Shown: positions 38,404 through 42,909 of the stretch, one piece after another
Layout of the letters: each line of letters starts with the position of its first letter
Position numbering within the stretch: the first letter of the stretch is position 1
From: a virus
DNA length: 42,909 nt
Virus record (IMG/VR): IMGVR_UViG_3300029822_000863
Location: 1-42,909 of that record
Strand: one strand, 5' to 3'
The notes under the pieces: generated by a model
Seen by the model: only the letters and a program-made list of their open reading frames with translations
Database searches by the model: none
Told to the model about the DNA's origin: nothing
Position numbers and translations under genes: made by a program

Positions 38404-38706
38404 ATGAAAATGAGCACTGGCGAAATTCAAACCGATGTGAGACAATGTATATCCACCGTGTGTTGCAATATGGCACGTTTTCTCAGAGCGAAGAACGTGA
38501 AGTACGGCAATTCCGCGTTAGATCCCATGAAAATATTCTCAAAACAGGACGCTGAAAGTCAGCTATATAACCGGATTGACGATAAATTGAGTAGGATAAA
38601 AAACAGTTCGGAATTGCGAAAAAACGATGTAGTTGATTTGATAGGGTATCTCATATTACTCTGTGTGAAAAATGGATGGACGAATTTTGAAGATTTACTT
38701 GATTGA
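38404..38706 (+). CDS. DUF1599/nucleotide-modification-associated domain-like protein
   Basis: KNVKYGNS...RIDDKLSRIKN. Confidence 0.7.
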   Translation: MKMSTGEIQTDVRQCISTVCCNMARFLRAKNVKYGNSALDPMKIFSKQDAESQLYNRIDDKLSRIKNSSELRKNDVVDLIGYLILLCVKNGWTNFEDLLD

Positions 38707-38733
38707 ATGGGGAGAATCCATTTCTCCCACCAT

Positions 38734-39297
38734 TCACGTTTCTCTCATCGTTTTAATTTCCAGCAATCTCATGTTTTTGATGTAATCTTGGTCGAATTCT
38801 GCTACCACTGGTGATGCGGCGCCATATGGCGCATTGACAAATTTATATACCCGTTTTCCCTTGCTTCCCTTTTCGCGGGTTATGATGCTCTCTCTGAGCA
38901 TGTGTTTAATATATGCACGCGATTTGTTTGTGCATGTCCCGGTTGCCGTCGTTGGGTATAGTGCATGCATGTGATTTGTCAAATCCATTGTCTGGAACGT
39001 GTCTGGGAATTTCCTGTAGAAGCTTATGATGTCGTTTTTGAATATGGATATTCCGTTGATGTTTCCTACCCGCTCCCCACCGTCCGTTGCTGTGGTTGTG
39101 CTGCGCTCTGCGACGCTCCGCTCGGCGTGCTTTGGGCTTGCCGCCATCGCCTTCCGTTTTATTGTCGTCTGTTGCGTGTCGAATACGCGCATGAACCTAC
39201 GCGCCACTTCGACTGGATTCATCTCCGGCGGTGCGTCCCTCCGAACGACGAATATTTCTCCGTCGATCTTTATTTCTGTCAATTTCCCGGCAATCAT
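38734..39297 (-). CDS. Hypothetical protein with winged-helix-like C-terminus
   Basis: 187 aa; helix-helix-wing pattern ending KRVYKF. Confidence 0.6.
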   Translation of the reverse strand: MIAGKLTEIKIDGEIFVVRRDAPPEMNPVEVARRFMRVFDTQQTTIKRKAMAASPKHAERSVAERSTTTATDGGERVGNINGISIFKNDIISFYRKFPDTFQTMDLTNHMHALYPTTATGTCTNKSRAYIKHMLRESIITREKGSKGKRVYKFVNAPYGAASPVVAEFDQDYIKNMRLLEIKTMRET

Positions 39298-39386
39298 TTA
39301 CCAGAATACCTGCGTTTTGGAATTATAAAACATCGCTTCAAAGTTTTAAATAGTTTATTTTTGGATATCATTAAATCTCCCCGTCT

Positions 39387-40052
39387 TTACCAAAATTTCA
39401 CGTTTAAACTGTCTAATATCGATCGTTCCTGCCGCTCGTCCATTCTCGCATATGTTTTTAGCGTAATTGCAGTTGAGCTGTGTGCAAGCCGATATGCGAT
39501 TGTTTCGGCTGGTACACCTTGTGACTGCAGGTGCATGGCAATTCCATGGCGAAACATGTGTGGATGTATGTGCCGCATTCCAACGATGTGCGCGAGCTCC
39601 ACGAGAAGTTTATTTATTGCTTGTCTGGTGATTGCCTTACTCGACCCGCGTCGCGCAGGAAAGATATGCCCCCTCATTTCCCACGTTTGGATGTAGTCCA
39701 TCAGTGCGGCGAGCGTTTCCATGTCAAGTCCGATCGTGTGCCAGAATTCTCCCCCGTTCTTTGCTTTTCTGCTCTTCCGTTTGTGTACTAGAAATGTTAT
39801 CGTTTTGTCCTTGTAGCTTATTCTGGCCGTGTTCATCTCCGTGACATCTGATACTCTCGCGCCAGTTGCCCACATGAGCTGCAGGAACAGTTTGTTTCTG
39901 TCCCTGATCCATCTATAGTTCTCGGTCTGTTTAGAGCGTTCGTATGTGACGTCGCACGCTCTTTTCAGCGTTTCCACTTCGTATAGTTCAATGTGGTCAA
40001 CCTGCTCCTTTAAAAGTAAGTCTCCACCACCAAAGGGTACTAGTGAATTCAT
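39387..40052 (-). CDS. Small tyrosine recombinase (catalytic domain only)
   Basis: TGARVSD, K, HPHMFRH, LAHSS...TLKTY; 221 aa. Confidence 0.9.
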   Translation of the reverse strand: MNSLVPFGGGDLLLKEQVDHIELYEVETLKRACDVTYERSKQTENYRWIRDRNKLFLQLMWATGARVSDVTEMNTARISYKDKTITFLVHKRKSRKAKNGGEFWHTIGLDMETLAALMDYIQTWEMRGHIFPARRGSSKAITRQAINKLLVELAHIVGMRHIHPHMFRHGIAMHLQSQGVPAETIAYRLAHSSTAITLKTYARMDERQERSILDSLNVKFW

Positions 40053-40327
40053 TAGTTACCACCATATTTATAATTTTCAGCAACTCTATCATAATTAAGT
40101 TCTGATGCACTTTTATATGCATATACAACACATGCAGTTTCTTTATTTTGCCTAGATATTCTACGAGCAAAGCTATAAGCTCTCCACCTACACGTAAATG
40201 TACAAACTGGATCATTTTCATATGTATTACTATTTCTATAAACGTGATAGAACATTGTACGTTTACGCTTCTTAGGCACTTTGCATGTATTACTACTATT
40301 CTTAAACAACCAATTTAATAAGCCCAT
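40052..40327 (-). CDS. Hypothetical protein coupled to the recombinase
   Basis: TAATG overlap with the recombinase start. Confidence 0.55.
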   Translation of the reverse strand: MGLLNWLFKNSSNTCKVPKKRKRTMFYHVYRNSNTYENDPVCTFTCRWRAYSFARRISRQNKETACVVYAYKSASELNYDRVAENYKYGGN

Positions 40328-40654
40328 ATTTTACACCTATATTCATAGTTTACTCTATATATGATCGGTAAACTATTTAAGCTTTTCGCCAGATTTTCAA
40401 CCGTAAAAACCCATGATTTTAGTCAGTTTAAAATAAAAACAAATTATTCAGTTTACAAAATTACAACTTTTGTCAACTTACCTGTTATGCAAAAAAGTCG
40501 GATATTTCCAGTAAATTTTCTGGAATGTGTTAAAAAAGAAAATGTTGAAATTGCCCATTATATGGGATCTAGGTCAAAATGAAAAAGAAAAAAGAAAAGA
40601 TGGTATTTAAAACTTTACTGAGTTGCAATTGCATAATACAAATTAAAAGAAAAA

Positions 40655-40783
40655 TTAATTATTGATTTCATCATATGCAAATGTGATTCGTTTCTCGCAT
40701 AGATCCGTGTTTACTCCGATATCATATGAACAGCATTTACATCTTAATTTTTTACATTCGTTTAAGTTGGTGGGTGTCGTCAT
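40655..40783 (-). CDS. Cys-rich miniprotein (42 aa, not in ORF track)
   Basis: MTTPTNLNECKKLRCKCCSYDIGVNTDLCEKRITFAYDEINN. Confidence 0.45.
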   Translation of the reverse strand: MTTPTNLNECKKLRCKCCSYDIGVNTDLCEKRITFAYDEINN

Positions 40784-40787
40784 TTCT

Positions 40788-41021
40788 TTAGTACCACCCG
40801 CGTTGATCTCCGCCATATTTTTTAATTAGCTGTGGAAATTTCTTTTGTGTTGCGTATACGATTATTGTTTTTTTATCTGATTTGTCTACTCTGAAAGTGA
40901 CTTTCTGTCCCCTCGCGCCAAAAAATTCTTTTTGTTCTTTCTTTTGCCGTTCGGAGTTCGGTACATCACCTGCATAAACATAACGCTCGTTGCGCACTGT
41001 AATTGTTCTTTGTATATCCAT
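40788..41021 (-). CDS. Small basic protein
   Basis: GGAGG RBS before ATG 41021, own TATA-like promoter. Confidence 0.6.
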   Translation of the reverse strand: MDIQRTITVRNERYVYAGDVPNSERQKKEQKEFFGARGQKVTFRVDKSDKKTIIVYATQKKFPQLIKKYGGDQRGWY

Positions 41022-41076
41022 TGTTACGATTCCTCCTATATAGTAATTAGTTCTCAATGTATAAAAAACATTGCTT

Positions 41077-41373
41077 TCAATTCTTTGGATTATACAGCCC
41101 GCAACTTTTCAACCCCTTTGTATAATGCGGTCTGGTCTGACTCGGATAAATCTCATGTGTGCAAATGTACTTTCCATGAATTTCTTTTCCTGCATGTGTG
41201 TGGACACTGTACCGGCAAGTCGCGCATAGTTCATCATTTGCGTGTAACAGAACCGTCATGAAGGTTTTACAATGGCTACATGATTTAATTTTCTTTCCTT
41301 TTCTGTTGCACCTGCACACGTTAGGTTCATTCGTGCGGCTTAAGTGCTTACAGTCTCCGTAGAAGGTTGTCAT
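41077..41373 (-). CDS. Cys/His-rich protein
   Basis: 98 aa with multiple CxxC-like groups. Confidence 0.6.
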   Translation of the reverse strand: MTTFYGDCKHLSRTNEPNVCRCNRKGKKIKSCSHCKTFMTVLLHANDELCATCRYSVHTHAGKEIHGKYICTHEIYPSQTRPHYTKGLKSCGLYNPKN

Positions 41374-41432
41374 TAAAAAGAGAAGGAGTTAATTATATTT
41401 AAGGTTTATTTAAAAAAGAAATGAATGGAGTG

Positions 41433-41794
41433 GCAATTACTTAGCTTCCCGTTGTGGAGAAGCTGTAAAAAAGAAAAAGAGAAAGGACGATTAACGCGCG
41501 TCAAACTTATAGACGGCGAACTTGCCTTTTTTCACCTCAACGACGCGGAAATAAACATCGTATCCTTTATAGCGTTCGCGGTGTATACCGGCCTCTATAT
41601 TTGCGTCTGTCTTTGATTGCAGAAAACTCGACACTGCCCGAAATTTTTTCCCTGATATCTTCCTGAAATCAGGTACGTCTGAAACCCGTGCTTTACTAGA
41701 ACATTGTTTTACCACGCTATTAACCTCCTATATTAGTATTGTACCTTAAACTATTTAAGTATGTGTTCTTGTGTGCGTGCAATTACTTAGCTTC
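41433..41794. repeat. 16-bp direct repeat GCAATTACTTAGCTTC (41433-41448 and 41779-41794) flanking one small gene
   Basis: Two identical copies read directly. Confidence 0.75.
41491..41715 (-). CDS. Small basic protein
   Basis: GGAGG RBS + GTG, own promoter. Confidence 0.6.
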   Translation of the reverse strand: MVKQCSSKARVSDVPDFRKISGKKFRAVSSFLQSKTDANIEAGIHRERYKGYDVYFRVVEVKKGKFAVYKFDAR

Positions 41795-42123
41795 AATCGG
41801 AGGTTTAAGCTCTCTTATCCTTGCGTTAATCTCCTTAACCCGGTCACCGACTGCGACCATTTTGCTGAAATAATCATCCACTGTTCACTATATAATAATT
41901 AGCTGTCAATATATTTAAATCGTTGCATTTACGATATATATTTAACACTGTTGGTTGTTCAGTCGTTTGTTGCCTATGTAGTGCGAATGTTTAAATATGT
42001 TGCAGACCATATTAAAAATACTACATTGAGAAATTGGGGATGAACGAATGATGACAAATGCAATGAAACTTACACTTTTTAAGAATGCACTTGAGCAGTT
42101 TTCTTGGGGGGTGCAATAAAACA

Positions 42124-42909
42124 ATGATCGACTTAACGAATGCTGACAGCGTATCATCTACGGCAATTGCCGAGTCTTTACCTATGGTCCGGAACACGGA
42201 CGGGTTTAAGGCTGAATGGAACAGGAACAAAATAATTGACATGATCCTGAAAGAAACAAAACTGAGTGAGATTTTCTATAGCAAACCCGCAGCGACATAC
42301 GAAGAAGCTGAGGCAATTGCAACGGAAACCGAATCGATTGTCATGAAAACGCGACTTGATTTTTTGTCCGGCCCGTTGATCCGAGAAATTGTAAATAATG
42401 TACTGATTGCGCGCGGGCACTCTGAGTGGCGCGATGTGATGACCAGGGTTGGTGTGTCGGTTTATGATGCTCATGAAATTGATACTGGATATGGCTTTGA
42501 GGCAAACGACAACGCAAATCAGCTCAACAACGCTGAAACTTCACATAAAAGAAAAGCCGACAAAATGTCCAAGGAGCAAAATCTCCTTCTGATGCCAAAA
42601 GAGCTTGCAGATTTACATTTGAATGGGGATTTCCATATCCATGACCTCGAATATATGGGCACCAGGCCATTTTGCCAGGATTGGGATCTTCGCTACTTTT
42701 TTTACTATGGTCTCATGCCTGATGGGGTGGGAACTCAATCCAGCGTGGCAAAGCCAGCAAAGAATGCTGAGGTGGCCTTTCTTCATGCGGTAAAAGCTAT
42801 GGGTTCGGCCCAAACCAATTTTGCAGGTGGGCAGGGCTTTTACAATTTTTTGACTTTTATGGCTCCCTATTTGGAAGGCAAATCCGAAACCGAAATCAAG
42901 CAGCTTATG
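42124..42909 (+). CDS. nrdD: Anaerobic (class III) ribonucleoside-triphosphate reductase, 5' part, truncated by the window end
   Basis: Manual translation: ATP-cone-like LSGPLIREIVNNVL, then DFHIHDLEYMGTRPFCQDWDLRYFF and AQTNFAGGQG. Confidence 0.92.
   Translation, partial: MIDLTNADSVSSTAIAESLPMVRNTDGFKAEWNRNKIIDMILKETKLSEIFYSKPAATYEEAEAIATETESIVMKTRLDFLSGPLIREIVNNVLIARGHSEWRDVMTRVGVSVYDAHEIDTGYGFEANDNANQLNNAETSHKRKADKMSKEQNLLLMPKELADLHLNGDFHIHDLEYMGTRPFCQDWDLRYFFYYGLMPDGVGTQSSVAKPAKNAEVAFLHAVKAMGSAQTNFAGGQGFYNFLTFMAPYLEGKSETEIKQLM

Larger units (their letters stand above)
1..42909. mobile_element. Archaeal virus/provirus-like element, probably spindle-shaped or membrane-containing type, spanning the whole window
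   Basis: Dense small ORFs with ATGA/TAATG overlaps and GGAGG/GGGGG RBSs; hydrophobic capsid-like proteins, ATPase and adhesin; own PCNA, primase, helicases and tyrosine recombinase; no host housekeeping operon seen. Confidence 0.8.

Noticed and set aside
1-42909. Head-tail (Caudoviricetes) phage, DGR or retron
   Set aside because: No terminase, portal, HK97 capsid, tape-measure or reverse transcriptase motifs found

Overview
The whole window reads as one archaeal mobile element, most likely a near-complete (about 43 kb or more) probably circular virus genome. The host is inferred to be a Methanosarcinales-type methanogen. No host housekeeping block or att site is visible. The left arm (about 1.5-18 kb) is a morphogenesis module of the spindle-shaped/membrane-containing type: two small two-helix hydrophobic capsid-like proteins, a P-loop ATPase, many small membrane proteins and a large secreted adhesin with a 3-TM anchor. 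I saw no terminase, portal or HK97 capsid gene. The middle holds a tRNA-like gene, a UvrD helicase, an iteron-like origin (8 x TGTCCC), a ParB/MT-A70 methylase with a coupled nuclease, and a secreted beta-helix protein. The right arm is a replication, recombination and nucleotide-metabolism module: AAA ATPase, ERCC4 nuclease, PCNA, ThyA, Rad3-like helicase, HNH, PriS-PriL-like primase, MazG, dCMP deaminase, a small tyrosine recombinase and a truncated nrdD. An intact IS605 element (tnpA + tnpB + omegaRNA) and a 288-bp non-coding derivative carrying a covarying omegaRNA both sit at TTTAT sites and each splits a reading frame. The most unusual items are a 956-aa protein with a buried AbiEii/MenT-like nucleotidyltransferase signature and a 33 x 15-bp repeat tail, the TnpB plus mini-omegaRNA pair, and the aberrant tRNA-like RNA. 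All family assignments come from motifs read by eye; no database searches were run.
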